This document shows positions 21,147 through 31,557 of a DNA stretch of 64,000 bases, one piece after another; position 1 is the first letter of the stretch, and every line of letters begins with the position of its first letter. The position numbers were made by a program, and so were the translations under genes. Source of the DNA: Candidatus Poribacteria bacterium (lineage in GTDB: Bacteria > Poribacteria > WGA-4E > WGA-3G); NCBI GenBank assembly GCA_965205025.1, contig CBDBFU010000002.1:356089-420088 (forward strand), in the 5' to 3' direction. The notes under the pieces are model-generated. The model did no database searches. It worked only from the letters and a program-made list of their open reading frames with translations, and had not been told where the DNA came from.

Positions 21147-21191
21147 TTTATCCTTCTCTCTTTCCTTCCAAATTCTCATAATGCAGAATTA

Positions 21192-21220
21192 TGCAACCGT
21201 TTTACAGCTAATTTGCGTCA
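21192..21220 (+). promoter_or_regulatory. ECF-type promoter TGCAAC-N18-CGTCA
   Basis: Recurrent array motif, just downstream of a terminator. Confidence 0.7.
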
Positions 21221-21270
21221 TAATAGTCTGATATGTATTTGATCAAACTATCGCCTAATGGAGATACCTT

Positions 21271-24009
21271 GTGAAAAACGACGATGTTGCGCTTATCAGA
21301 AAGATACTCAACGGTGATGAAATCGCATTTGCAAAACTCGTGAAAAAATATCAAAAGGCAGTACATACGCTTGCTTGGCGAAAAATTGGAGACTTCCACA
21401 TTGCAGAGGACATCACCCAAGATGTCTTTCTAAAAGTGTATCAGAGACTCCACAGCCTGAAAGATCCAAATCAATTTTCTGGGTGGCTCTATGTAGTTAC
21501 AACAAACCTTTGTAACACATGGTTCCGCAAAAATCGGATTCAAACCCAGCCGATGGAAAACGTTGAGACAACCAAGATAGAAAAAGACGCATATTCACGA
21601 CATATCGCAGAAGAGCGAGTTAAGACCACTATTGAGGCACAACGTGAAGTAGTCAAGAAACTCCTCGCGAAGTTGAAAGAGAGTGAACGCACAGTCATGA
21701 CGCTCCATTACCTCGGTGAGATGTCAGTCGAAGACATCAGCAAGTTCATAGGGGTATCTTCTGGAACGATAAAGAGCCGACTTCAACGAGCGCGCAACCG
21801 TCTTAAGAAGGAGGAAACAATGATCAGAGAAGCACTCGAACATTTCCAAATATCCCCTACCCTGACTGATAATATTATGAAGGAAATTTCTCGAACAAAA
21901 CAAGTTACACCAACATCTGGAAAACCAATTATCCCTTGGGCAATAGGGGCATCAAGTGTTATTTTTATTGTGTTACTATTGGGATTCGGAAGCCAATATT
22001 TAGGATTATTCCAGAAACCTTATAGTTTGGTAGCACAAACCGAAACCACAGTGGAACTTGTTGATGCACAAGTAATCCAAAATCTTGATGCAAATCCAAG
22101 TGTGCTAAATCAACTCAATCAACAGAATTCGGATAGAGATGGCAGAGAAAATGCTGATGATGAGAAATCAAATCAAACATCAGGTGATATAGGAGACTAT
22201 ACCCGATGGAATTTACCGGAAGGTGCTAAAACCCGAATCGGAAAAGGCAGAATCTATGACATTGCGTATTCGCCGGATGGCACGCGTCTGGCTGTAGCAA
22301 GTTCGATCGGGGTATGGCTCTATGATGCAAACAGTGGAAAAGAACTTAACCTGTTAACAGAGCATACGGACAAGGTCTTGAGCATAGCATTCAATCTTAA
22401 TGGAAACATACTGGCAAGTGGAAGTGATGATGGCAGCATAGACTTGTGGGATACACGCACCAGTAAACATCTTCGGACAATGACAGAGGATACGTCCTTG
22501 ATCACGAACGTGGTCTTTAGTGGGGATGGCAAAATGTTGGCAAGTGCAAATAAGGATAACACTATTCGACTGTGGGATACACAGTCAGGCAAAATCCGAA
22601 AGACTCTTAAGGGGCATGCAGATAAGATCTTCAGTATATGGCTCAGTTGGGATGCCAAAATGTTGGAAAGTGCGAGTAAGGATAACACTATTCAACTGTG
22701 GGATACACAGTCAGGCAAAATCCGAAAAACCCTCAACCTTGAGCATTCACAGGAAATTGACAGAATGGCGTTCAGCGCGGATGGCAAAACATTGGCGAGT
22801 TGGTGTATTGAAAGCCCAATTTATCTATGGAATGCACAAACAGGTGAGGTTCGCCATACTCTCCCGTTAGAACAAATGGATATTGTCAATGAATTTGCAT
22901 TCAGTCCAGATGGAAAAACGATCGCAAGTGCTATGCACAGCGGCACCGTCCATCTGTGGAATGTACAGACAGGTGAACACCTTCGAAGCCTCATAGGGCA
23001 TACGCACTGGGCATTGAACGTGGTGTTCAGTCCTGATAGCAAAACACTCGCAAGTGGGAGTTTCGATAATACTATCCGTTTTTGGGAGGTCCAGACGGGA
23101 AAAACACAAAAAACGCTCACAGGACATTTGAGCGATACCGTGCATGTAGCGTTTAGTCCAGATGGAAAAACACTTGCAAATGCAATGGAAGATGATACCA
23201 TCCGTTTATGGAATGCACAGACAGGAGAAGTTCGCCAAATTCTCAAAAGGCAAAATATGCCTTCAATCGCGGGTGTAGCGTTCAGTCCAGATGGAAAAAC
23301 ACTTGTAGGTGGCACAGATGGAAGTGATTCTTACGCCATTCGTCTGTGGGATATACAAACAGGCAAAATTCACAAAACTTTCGGTGGACATACGGATTAT
23401 GTTACGAGCGTGGCATTCAGTCCAGATGGTACTTTGTTAGTAAGTGGAAGTTGGGATAAGACCATCCAGCTGTATCATGCGCAGACAGGAGAACTCCTCA
23501 AAACTTTCTCAGGACATACGGATTGGGTTATGAGTGTGGCGTTCAGTCCAGATAGAAAAATGATAGCAAGTGGGAGTAAGGATAACACCGTCCGTATATG
23601 GGATGTGCAAACAAGTGAAGTCCTTAAAACCCTAACAGGACATGCGGGTGTAGTCTTTAGCGTGGCGTTCGCCCCCAACGGCAAAACACTCGCAAGTGGG
23701 AGTCATGATGGTCTCATCCATCTGTGGGATGTGCAAACAGGTGAAATCCTTGAAACCACAGAACATACAGATTGGGTTATGAGCGTGGCATTCAGTCCAG
23801 ATAGCCGAACGCTCGCAAGTGGAAGCAAGGATAGCACCATTCAACTGTGGGATACACAGACAAATATAACCCAACAAATTCCCATGGGTCATACGAGCTG
23901 GGTTACAAGCGTGGCATTCAGTTCAGATGGCAGGACGCTCGCAAGTGGAAGTAAAGACGGCACTATCCTGTTGTGGGAACATAAACCTAAGACAATCCAG
24001 CAAAAGTAA
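21271..24009 (+). CDS. ECF sigma-TM-WD40 fusion (sigma gene 6)
   Basis: GTG start after GGAG; sigma motifs; TM; about 14 canonical WD40 repeats. Confidence 0.92.
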   Translation: MKNDDVALIRKILNGDEIAFAKLVKKYQKAVHTLAWRKIGDFHIAEDITQDVFLKVYQRLHSLKDPNQFSGWLYVVTTNLCNTWFRKNRIQTQPMENVETTKIEKDAYSRHIAEERVKTTIEAQREVVKKLLAKLKESERTVMTLHYLGEMSVEDISKFIGVSSGTIKSRLQRARNRLKKEETMIREALEHFQISPTLTDNIMKEISRTKQVTPTSGKPIIPWAIGASSVIFIVLLLGFGSQYLGLFQKPYSLVAQTETTVELVDAQVIQNLDANPSVLNQLNQQNSDRDGRENADDEKSNQTSGDIGDYTRWNLPEGAKTRIGKGRIYDIAYSPDGTRLAVASSIGVWLYDANSGKELNLLTEHTDKVLSIAFNLNGNILASGSDDGSIDLWDTRTSKHLRTMTEDTSLITNVVFSGDGKMLASANKDNTIRLWDTQSGKIRKTLKGHADKIFSIWLSWDAKMLESASKDNTIQLWDTQSGKIRKTLNLEHSQEIDRMAFSADGKTLASWCIESPIYLWNAQTGEVRHTLPLEQMDIVNEFAFSPDGKTIASAMHSGTVHLWNVQTGEHLRSLIGHTHWALNVVFSPDSKTLASGSFDNTIRFWEVQTGKTQKTLTGHLSDTVHVAFSPDGKTLANAMEDDTIRLWNAQTGEVRQILKRQNMPSIAGVAFSPDGKTLVGGTDGSDSYAIRLWDIQTGKIHKTFGGHTDYVTSVAFSPDGTLLVSGSWDKTIQLYHAQTGELLKTFSGHTDWVMSVAFSPDRKMIASGSKDNTVRIWDVQTSEVLKTLTGHAGVVFSVAFAPNGKTLASGSHDGLIHLWDVQTGEILETTEHTDWVMSVAFSPDSRTLASGSKDSTIQLWDTQTNITQQIPMGHTSWVTSVAFSSDGRTLASGSKDGTILLWEHKPKTIQQK

Positions 24010-24227
24010 GTTTATCATGAATCAAATTGAATATGAGATCACCTTAATAGATTCGCCAGGATCTAAATTCCCTCCTACCAAGAAATTTCAGCTAAATGGC
24101 AATTATTGATGTAATGTATATCTCTGCGTTAATTCTCACCCATATTGACTAAAATTGTACTATAATTCCATTAATAGTAAATAACTATAAATCTTTCTTA
24201 TCTCTATCCGCATAAATTCAAAAAATG

Positions 24228-24255
24228 TGAAACTTTTTACTCGCTTGTCGCGTCA
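24228..24255 (+). promoter_or_regulatory. ECF-type promoter TGAAAC-N17-CGTCA
   Basis: Matches the Bacillus SigW/SigM-like TGAAAC...CGT consensus. Confidence 0.75.
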
Positions 24256-24301
24256 CTAAGGGTTGATATCTAATTGAACATACCCTTTGCAGAGGTATCC
24301 G

Positions 24302-27300
24302 ATGAATAACAACGATGATGTTCTCATTCAACGTGTCCTTGATGGCGATGATACGGCATTCTCCGATCTCGTCCGAAAATATCAAAGGTCCGTTCACGCA
24401 TTGGCGTGGCGAAAGATAGGAGATTTCCATATCGCCGAAGATATTACACAAGATACGTTCCTGAAAGCATATCAAAAACTCTCAACACTAAAGGAACCTC
24501 AACGTTTCTTAAGTTGGCTCTATGTCATAGCAACAAACCGTTGTAAAGCATGGCTGCGTAAGAAAAATCTGTGGACACAACCGTTTGACAAAGTAAGTAG
24601 TTCAGAATCTGAGAAAGCAACATATTCTGGACATATCATAGAAGAAAACAAGAAAATGGCTATGGAGACACAACGAGAGGTTGTTCAAAAACTACTTGAA
24701 AAGTTACAAGAGAGTGACCGGACAGTCATCACACTCTACTACCTTGGGGGAATGACATACGAGGAAATAAGCGAGTTTTTAGGTGTATCAATAGGAGCAA
24801 TTAAAAGCCGACTTCACCGAGCAAGACAACGTCTTAAGAAGGAAGAAACGATGATTAGAGAAGCACTCGAACATTTCCAAATATCACCTACCCTGACTGA
24901 TAATATTATGCAAGAAATTTCTCGGACGAAACAGGTCGCACCAACAACTGGAAAACCACTTATCCCGTGGATAGTTGGTGTGACTGCAGTAACAATAGTG
25001 CTGCTGATGCTCGGTTTTAGCAACCAATTCTTGTCACGTTTCCAGAAGCCTTACAACTTCAATGCGGCTTCAGAGATGAAGGTTGAATTAATTGATACTC
25101 CGATTGTACAAAACCTTGAATCTGATCCAGATGACCGAACGCAGTTAGGAAATGTTAATGCACAAGGAAAAAACAACGGATCCGATCAGCAAATCAATAA
25201 TGCCGCTCCGGTTGATTTGGAGACAATTATTACAAAGATGAAACACTTTGAGAATTTCGTTGCATCTGTAACCGGTGATTTCGTCAGGGAAATGCATATA
25301 GATGGTGATTTCGTCAGGGAAATGCCTATAGAAGGAAGGCATATAGAAACAGACAAGAAAGATGAATATAGCTTGACGTTTGAGGGTGAGAAAGTCAGGG
25401 TTGAATGGAAAAAACGGAGTGCTATGAATTTACCACTCGTTGAGTATTGGGATGGAAAACAACAGTGGGGGGTAAACAGACCTGACAATTTTCTTTTTAA
25501 GGTCGAGATTACCCCTAACAAGAAAAATACTGTCCTTGAGAAAATTCAACAAGCGTTCAAACAGGTAGGGATTAAAATAACCGGTGATGTCCATATCGTC
25601 CCTGGTGATTTAGCCAATAGTTATAAAGTCAGTGAAAGAGATAAAACATACTTTGTCTTATTCATAGGAGACACAACCCTGAAGGTTTATGGTAGCGATG
25701 TTAGATATACAGTTCGACCTAACTGGATGAATGCCGATCGTGATCCACGGCTATGGCTTACCTTCTCATATTCTGACACTCACGATTCCTATCTATCTGA
25801 ACCGCTTTGGCATTTACTTGAGAAATTTGATAGTGAAATTATAGGAAGCGAAGTACTAAACGGAGAATTAACCTCCGTTATTCGTCTTAGTATACCTAAT
25901 CGGCCCACTGCAAAACTCTGGATTTCTCACAACATTGGTTTCCGCATGGTTAAATCAGAAGAGAAAATGTTTGCTGCGGAAGACCCGAAAGCGGGGGCAA
26001 CTTTTATTATAACTCGAGAAATTGATTACCACGAATATTTACCGAACGTCTGGTTTCCCAAGAGAATTGAGAGAACTATTGCTCTAGTGAAATTACCGAA
26101 TCCACAGCAGCAAGGGGCGAATATGATATCTAAAACCATTCTTCGCACGAAGCAATGTAAGGTAAATACCGATGTAAGTAGATTACTCCGTTTAAACCTA
26201 TCTACAGATACACGTGTTTTCGATTACAAGGTTAATCACAAGCACACGATCGACGATCTTGAAGTCAAACCAAATTTCCAGATGCAGCTTGCTAATTCCA
26301 ATTTAGCAAACAATAACAGGGCAACCGAACAACATATATCTGATTCTACCTCCCCAAAGACGTTGAAATGGAACCTGCCTGAAGGTGCTAAAGCGCGTAT
26401 CGGTAAAGGATGGATAGATAAAATTGAGTATTCCCCAGATGGTAGGCTTCTGGCGGTTGTGAGTTCTATAGGGATATGGCTTTATGATGCACACACTGGA
26501 CAAGAGCTTGATTTGCTCATGGCTCATACCGAACGAGTTCAGTCAATGGCATTCAGTCCAGATGGAAAAACCCTCGTTAGCGGTAACTCAGATAGCACTA
26601 TTCACCTATGGGACACACAAACCCATACACTACGAAAAACCTTCAAGGGACATACGAAGCCGGTGTTAAGCGTGGTTTTCAGTTCTGATGGAACTTCACT
26701 GGCAAGCGGGAGTAAAGATAACACCATCTGTCTGTGGGATGTGCAAACCGGTAAACTCCAAAAAACGCTGAAAGGACATACGAATGCTGTCTTAAGTGTG
26801 ATGTTTGATCCCAAGGGGGAAACTTTGGCAAGCGGAGGTAAGGATAACACCTTCCGACTATGGGATGTAGAAACAGGAACTCTCAAGGAAACGAATCTCG
26901 TTGAGAGTGCGGAGATAAGGAGAATGCGGTTCAGTCCCGATGGAAAGACACTTGCTGCTTGGGATTGGGGAACTATCCATCTGTGGGACGTAGGGACTGG
27001 TGTAATTGACAAAACACTCAATAGACACGAAAGGGGCGTTGTCTATGACATAGCGTTCAATCCAGATGGAAAAACATTCGCAAGTGCAATGGGCAACGGT
27101 ACCGTTAGTCTATGGCATACACAAACAGGGGAACAGCACAGAATCCTCATGGGACATAAGGACTTTGTATTGAGCGTAGCATTCAGTCCAGACGGAAAAA
27201 CACTCACAAGTGGAGGGTTTGACGGCACCCTCCGTTGGTGGGATTTGGAAACGGGTGAATGCCGCAATACCCGCACGGAACATTACAGTAGTATTTTTAA

Positions 27301-28159
27301 TGTATCCTACAATCCAGACGGGAAAACAATCGCAAGTACGATAAGTAATGACACAATCAGTTTGTGGAACGCACAAACTGGTATACTTCTTCATACTCTT
27401 AAAATACTACATACAGATTCTGATTCAATCAACAGTATTTCATTTAGTCCGGACGGAAAAATGTTAGCAGGTGGAGGCTATGGAAGAGAAATCCATCTAT
27501 GGGATGTGGAGACAGGTGAACGCCAAAATACACTTAAAGGACATGATACCATCGGGAGTGTGGCATTCAACGCTGCCGGGAAAATACTTGCGAGTGCGAG
27601 TTGGGATACTAACACCATCCGTTTGTTGGATACAGAAACAGGAACAATCCGTCATACCTTTGAAGAACATACGGATGTGGTTAATAGCGTGGTGTTTAGT
27701 CCAGATGGAAAGACGCTGGTAAGTGGTAGTGAGGATAAGACTATTCGTCTATGGGATACACAAACAGGGAAACTACGCAAAACGCTAACAGAACATAAGG
27801 ACGAAGTGACAAGCGTAGCCTACAATCCTAATGGAGAAACAATCGCAAGTGGAAGTAAAGATAAGACTGTCCGTCTATGGGATGCACAAACAGGGAAACT
27901 ACGCAAAAAACTCAGAGGACATACACACATGGTAACGAGTGTGGCATTTAGTCCAGATGGAATTACATTGGCAAGCACGGGTTGGGATAGAACCATCCAT
28001 CTATGGGATGTAGAGACTGGTGAGCATCGTAATAAGTTAACAGGCCATACAAATTGGGTCGGTAGTGTAGCGTTCAGTCCGGATGGGAATACATTGGTAA
28101 GTGGAAGTAGAGACGGCACCATACTGTTGTGGGACATCACCCCTACACCAACAAACTAA
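24302..28159 (+). CDS. ECF sigma-TM-LolA/RseB-like-WD40 fusion (sigma gene 7)
   Basis: Sigma motifs (AIKSRLHRAR); TM/linker as in gene 2; LolA-like domain (YWDGK..W, KLWISH..GFRMVK, WFPKRIE, KVNTDV); WD40 repeats. Confidence 0.9.
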   Translation: MNNNDDVLIQRVLDGDDTAFSDLVRKYQRSVHALAWRKIGDFHIAEDITQDTFLKAYQKLSTLKEPQRFLSWLYVIATNRCKAWLRKKNLWTQPFDKVSSSESEKATYSGHIIEENKKMAMETQREVVQKLLEKLQESDRTVITLYYLGGMTYEEISEFLGVSIGAIKSRLHRARQRLKKEETMIREALEHFQISPTLTDNIMQEISRTKQVAPTTGKPLIPWIVGVTAVTIVLLMLGFSNQFLSRFQKPYNFNAASEMKVELIDTPIVQNLESDPDDRTQLGNVNAQGKNNGSDQQINNAAPVDLETIITKMKHFENFVASVTGDFVREMHIDGDFVREMPIEGRHIETDKKDEYSLTFEGEKVRVEWKKRSAMNLPLVEYWDGKQQWGVNRPDNFLFKVEITPNKKNTVLEKIQQAFKQVGIKITGDVHIVPGDLANSYKVSERDKTYFVLFIGDTTLKVYGSDVRYTVRPNWMNADRDPRLWLTFSYSDTHDSYLSEPLWHLLEKFDSEIIGSEVLNGELTSVIRLSIPNRPTAKLWISHNIGFRMVKSEEKMFAAEDPKAGATFIITREIDYHEYLPNVWFPKRIERTIALVKLPNPQQQGANMISKTILRTKQCKVNTDVSRLLRLNLSTDTRVFDYKVNHKHTIDDLEVKPNFQMQLANSNLANNNRATEQHISDSTSPKTLKWNLPEGAKARIGKGWIDKIEYSPDGRLLAVVSSIGIWLYDAHTGQELDLLMAHTERVQSMAFSPDGKTLVSGNSDSTIHLWDTQTHTLRKTFKGHTKPVLSVVFSSDGTSLASGSKDNTICLWDVQTGKLQKTLKGHTNAVLSVMFDPKGETLASGGKDNTFRLWDVETGTLKETNLVESAEIRRMRFSPDGKTLAAWDWGTIHLWDVGTGVIDKTLNRHERGVVYDIAFNPDGKTFASAMGNGTVSLWHTQTGEQHRILMGHKDFVLSVAFSPDGKTLTSGGFDGTLRWWDLETGECRNTRTEHYSSIFNVSYNPDGKTIASTISNDTISLWNAQTGILLHTLKILHTDSDSINSISFSPDGKMLAGGGYGREIHLWDVETGERQNTLKGHDTIGSVAFNAAGKILASASWDTNTIRLLDTETGTIRHTFEEHTDVVNSVVFSPDGKTLVSGSEDKTIRLWDTQTGKLRKTLTEHKDEVTSVAYNPNGETIASGSKDKTVRLWDAQTGKLRKKLRGHTHMVTSVAFSPDGITLASTGWDRTIHLWDVETGEHRNKLTGHTNWVGSVAFSPDGNTLVSGSRDGTILLWDITPTPTN

Positions 28160-28163
28160 AGTC

Positions 28164-28321
28164 ATACCAATTCTAATAAATAATATGCCATTACATAAAT
28201 CTTATGGAATTGAATATTATTGGAAACTATCTTCTGTAGGAGCGACCTCCCGGTCGCGACATGGAGATTGCCCCTGCAAAATCTCCACAATCAATGCGAC
28301 AGTATATTTTAGAAATGGTAT
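28164..28321. mobile_element. MITE family A shell containing a GTAG-REP (28236-28259)
   Basis: ATACCAATTCTA...TAGAAATGGTAT enclosing GTAGGAGCGACC-TCCC-GGTCGCGA. Confidence 0.65.
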
Positions 28322-28380
28322 TAGATTGAATAGTGAAACAACAGGCACCCAAATCTAAGTGATTTTCCAGGAGATAAAAA

Positions 28381-29385
28381 ATGAAACGCACCTATATGTT
28401 GTTTGGAATGACATTCCTGTTCAGTATTTTTCTGCTTGCCGTAAACACTTGGGGAGCTCCGTATATTTCTTTCAATTCTTACCGTGCGGGGCAACCTGAA
28501 CTCTACATCATTGATACAAACGGCAAGAATCTACGCAACCTAACAAACCACCCTGCAGTTAACTTTTCCGCAACGTGGGCACCAGATGGACGTTCTTTTG
28601 CTTTTTCGTCGAACCGTGATGGAAATTTCGAAATCTATATTAAGCCATTCAATGAAGCTCAGGTGCGTCGGTTGACAAACCATCCGGAGGACGATCTTGA
28701 TCCTGTCTGGTCAGCTTTTGCTACTGCGTGGTCACCTGATGGAAATTGGATCGCTTTTGTATCCCTAAGAACAGGGGGATATCATATCTACAAAATAGAT
28801 ATCAACGGCAAGAATCTACAGAGATTGACTAACAAGGGTGATAATCACAACCCAGCCTGGTCTCCAGATGGGCAATCAATCGCTTTCAATTCTTATAGGA
28901 ATAATAGATTAGCTCTCTATGTAATGGACGCAGATGGAAAAAATCTTAGACAGATTAAAAACCCGCTACATGATGGGGGTGGGCCTCCTCCAAGGTTTCC
29001 TGCTTGGTCACCTGATGGGAAACAGATTGCTTGTACTGTCAGTAGTAATGGGATAGGTGTCTACATCATGGATACAGATGGACAAAACGCACGTCGCGTG
29101 TCTCCTCTTGGGACTTGGAGCTACAATCCTGCATGGTCACCTGATGGTAAGTGGATTGCCTACGATGCCTTCGTTGGAGAAATTCCGGATCCTCAAAAGC
29201 CGAATGTGGTGCGACACATTTTTATCGTTTCTGTCGAAGGAGGCGAGTCACGGCAAATCACACAACATCCTGGGCAACATTCTTCTCCCGAATGGGTTCC
29301 CGAAAGTTTTTTCTCCGTTTCTCCGACTGTGGCCACCCAAATAGCTCTCTGGGGTCGGTTGAAACAAGCTGAACGTATGAGGTAA
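28381..29385 (+). CDS. Secreted TolB-like (PD40) beta-propeller, paralog 1
   Basis: Signal peptide; repeated P.WSPDG..IAF.S motifs; C-terminal VSPT...LWGRLK. Confidence 0.9.
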   Translation: MKRTYMLFGMTFLFSIFLLAVNTWGAPYISFNSYRAGQPELYIIDTNGKNLRNLTNHPAVNFSATWAPDGRSFAFSSNRDGNFEIYIKPFNEAQVRRLTNHPEDDLDPVWSAFATAWSPDGNWIAFVSLRTGGYHIYKIDINGKNLQRLTNKGDNHNPAWSPDGQSIAFNSYRNNRLALYVMDADGKNLRQIKNPLHDGGGPPPRFPAWSPDGKQIACTVSSNGIGVYIMDTDGQNARRVSPLGTWSYNPAWSPDGKWIAYDAFVGEIPDPQKPNVVRHIFIVSVEGGESRQITQHPGQHSSPEWVPESFFSVSPTVATQIALWGRLKQAERMR

Positions 29386-29455
29386 TTAAGGTAATCACTG
29401 TTCAACGTGCAGAAAATACAAAGTTTAAGTCTATAAGGATTTATAGGAGAAAAAA

Positions 29456-30487
29456 ATGAAACGCACCTATATGTTGTTTGGAATGACATTCCTGTTCAGT
29501 ATTTTTATGCTTGCCGTAAACGCTTGGGGAGCTCCGTATATTTCTTTCAATTCTCTCAAGGTAGGGGAAACTGGCGTCTACATCGCCATCGACATCATTG
29601 ATACAAACGGCAAAAATCTACGCAACCTAACAAACCATCCCGCATCAGGCTGTTGCGCAGCGTGGTCACCAGATGGGCGTTCTTTTGCTTTTGCGTCTAA
29701 CCGTGATGGAAATTTCGAAATCTATATTAAGACATTCAATGTAGCTCAGGCGCGTCGGTTGACAAATCATCCGGAGGGCAGTGCTGGTGATCCAGCCTGG
29801 TCACCTGATGGAAATTGGATCGCTTTTGTATCCACGAGAACAGGGGAACGTCATATTTACAAAATAGATATCAACGGCAAGAATCTACAGAGACTGACTA
29901 ACCAAGGAAAATTCAACCATAGCCCAGCCTGGTCTCCAGATGGGCAATCAATTGCTTTCGATTCTTTTGGGAATGATGGCAACGGTATCTATGTGATGGA
30001 CGCAGATGGAAAAAATCCCAGACAGCTTATAAACCAACGACATGGAGACGGGGTTCCTTCGCATCCTGCTTGGTCGCCTGATGGAAAACAGATTGCTTGT
30101 ACTGTCGCTAAAGATGGGCTTGGTATCTACATCATGGATACAGATGGACAAAACGCCCGCCGCATCTCACCTCTTGGGACTTGGAGCTACAGTCCTACGT
30201 GGTCACTTGATGGTAAGTGGATTGTCTACGATGCCTTCGATGGAGGTGCGAATCCTTTCCAAAACCTGAATCCAGATGGAGGTGCGAATCCTTTACAAAA
30301 CCGGATTGGAGAGAGACACATTTTTATCGTTTCTGTCGAAGGGGGCGAGTCACGGCAAATCACACAAAATACTGGGCAACATTATTCTCCCGCATGGGTT
30401 CCCGAAAGTTTTTTCTCCGTTTCTCCGACTGTGGCCACCCAAATAGCTCTCTGGGGTCAGTTGAAACAAGTTGAACGTATGAGGTAA
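29456..30487 (+). CDS. Secreted TolB-like (PD40) beta-propeller, paralog 2
   Basis: As paralog 1; internal duplication DGGANP.QN. Confidence 0.9.
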   Translation: MKRTYMLFGMTFLFSIFMLAVNAWGAPYISFNSLKVGETGVYIAIDIIDTNGKNLRNLTNHPASGCCAAWSPDGRSFAFASNRDGNFEIYIKTFNVAQARRLTNHPEGSAGDPAWSPDGNWIAFVSTRTGERHIYKIDINGKNLQRLTNQGKFNHSPAWSPDGQSIAFDSFGNDGNGIYVMDADGKNPRQLINQRHGDGVPSHPAWSPDGKQIACTVAKDGLGIYIMDTDGQNARRISPLGTWSYSPTWSLDGKWIVYDAFDGGANPFQNLNPDGGANPLQNRIGERHIFIVSVEGGESRQITQNTGQHYSPAWVPESFFSVSPTVATQIALWGQLKQVERMR

Positions 30488-30558
30488 TTAAGATAATCAC
30501 GGTTCACCATGCAGAAAATACCAAGTTTAAGTCTATAAGGATTTACCGGAGAAAAAAA

Positions 30559-31557
30559 ATGAAACACACCTATATGTTGTTTGGAATGGCATTCCTGTTC
30601 AGTTTTTTTATGCTTGCCGTAAACGCTTGGGGAGCCCCGTATATTTCTTTCAATTCTTACCGTGCGGGGCAACCTGAACTCTACATCATTGATACAAACG
30701 GCAAGAATCTACGCAACCTAACAAACCACGGCGCAGGTGACTTTTACGCAACGTGGGCACCAGATGGACGTTCTTTTGCTTTTGCGTCGAACCGTGATGG
30801 AAATTTCGAAATCTATATTAGGACATTCAATGAAGTTCAGGTACGTCGGTTGACAAACCAGCCGGAGGACGATCTTGATCCTGTCTGGTCAGCTGAGTTT
30901 CCTGTGTGGTCGCCTGATGGAAATTGGATCGCTTTTATATCCGAGAGAACAGGAGGGTATGATATCTACAAAATAGATATCAACGGCAAAAATCTACAGA
31001 GACTGACTAACCAGGGAGATAATTTCTACGCAACCTGGTCTCCAGATGGGCAATCAATTGCTTTCAGCTTTAATTTCCGTATCTATGTGATGGACGCAGA
31101 GGGAAAACATCCCAGACAGATTATAAACAGATTCCAAGTAGGCGGAGCTCATACTTCGCCTACTTGGTCACCTGATGGAAAACAGATTGCTTGTGCTGTC
31201 TCTAATAGAAATAGAGATGGGAGTGGTATCTACATCATGGATACAGATGGACAAAACGCCCGTCGCATCTCACCTCTTGGGACTTGGAGCTATAATCCTG
31301 CGTGGTCACCTGATGGTAAGTGGATTGCCTACGATGGCTTCGTTGGAGAAATTCCGAATCCTCAAAACCCGAATGCGGAGCGACACATTTTTATCGTTTC
31401 TGTCGAAGGGGGCGAGTCACGGCAAATCACACAACATCCTGGGCAACATTATTCTCCCGAATGGGTTCCCGAAAGTTTTTTCTCCGTTTCTCCGACTGTG
31501 AACACCCAAACAACTCTCTGGGGTCGGTTGAAACAAACTGAACGTATGACACAATAA
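30559..31557 (+). CDS. Secreted TolB-like (PD40) beta-propeller, paralog 3
   Basis: As paralog 1; C-terminus VSPTVNTQTTLWGRLKQ. Confidence 0.9.
   Translation: MKHTYMLFGMAFLFSFFMLAVNAWGAPYISFNSYRAGQPELYIIDTNGKNLRNLTNHGAGDFYATWAPDGRSFAFASNRDGNFEIYIRTFNEVQVRRLTNQPEDDLDPVWSAEFPVWSPDGNWIAFISERTGGYDIYKIDINGKNLQRLTNQGDNFYATWSPDGQSIAFSFNFRIYVMDAEGKHPRQIINRFQVGGAHTSPTWSPDGKQIACAVSNRNRDGSGIYIMDTDGQNARRISPLGTWSYNPAWSPDGKWIAYDGFVGEIPNPQNPNAERHIFIVSVEGGESRQITQHPGQHYSPEWVPESFFSVSPTVNTQTTLWGRLKQTERMTQ

Noticed and set aside
28381-31557. Calling these genes tolB of the Tol-Pal system
   Set aside because: They lack the TolB N-terminal domain and there is no tolQRA/pal context.
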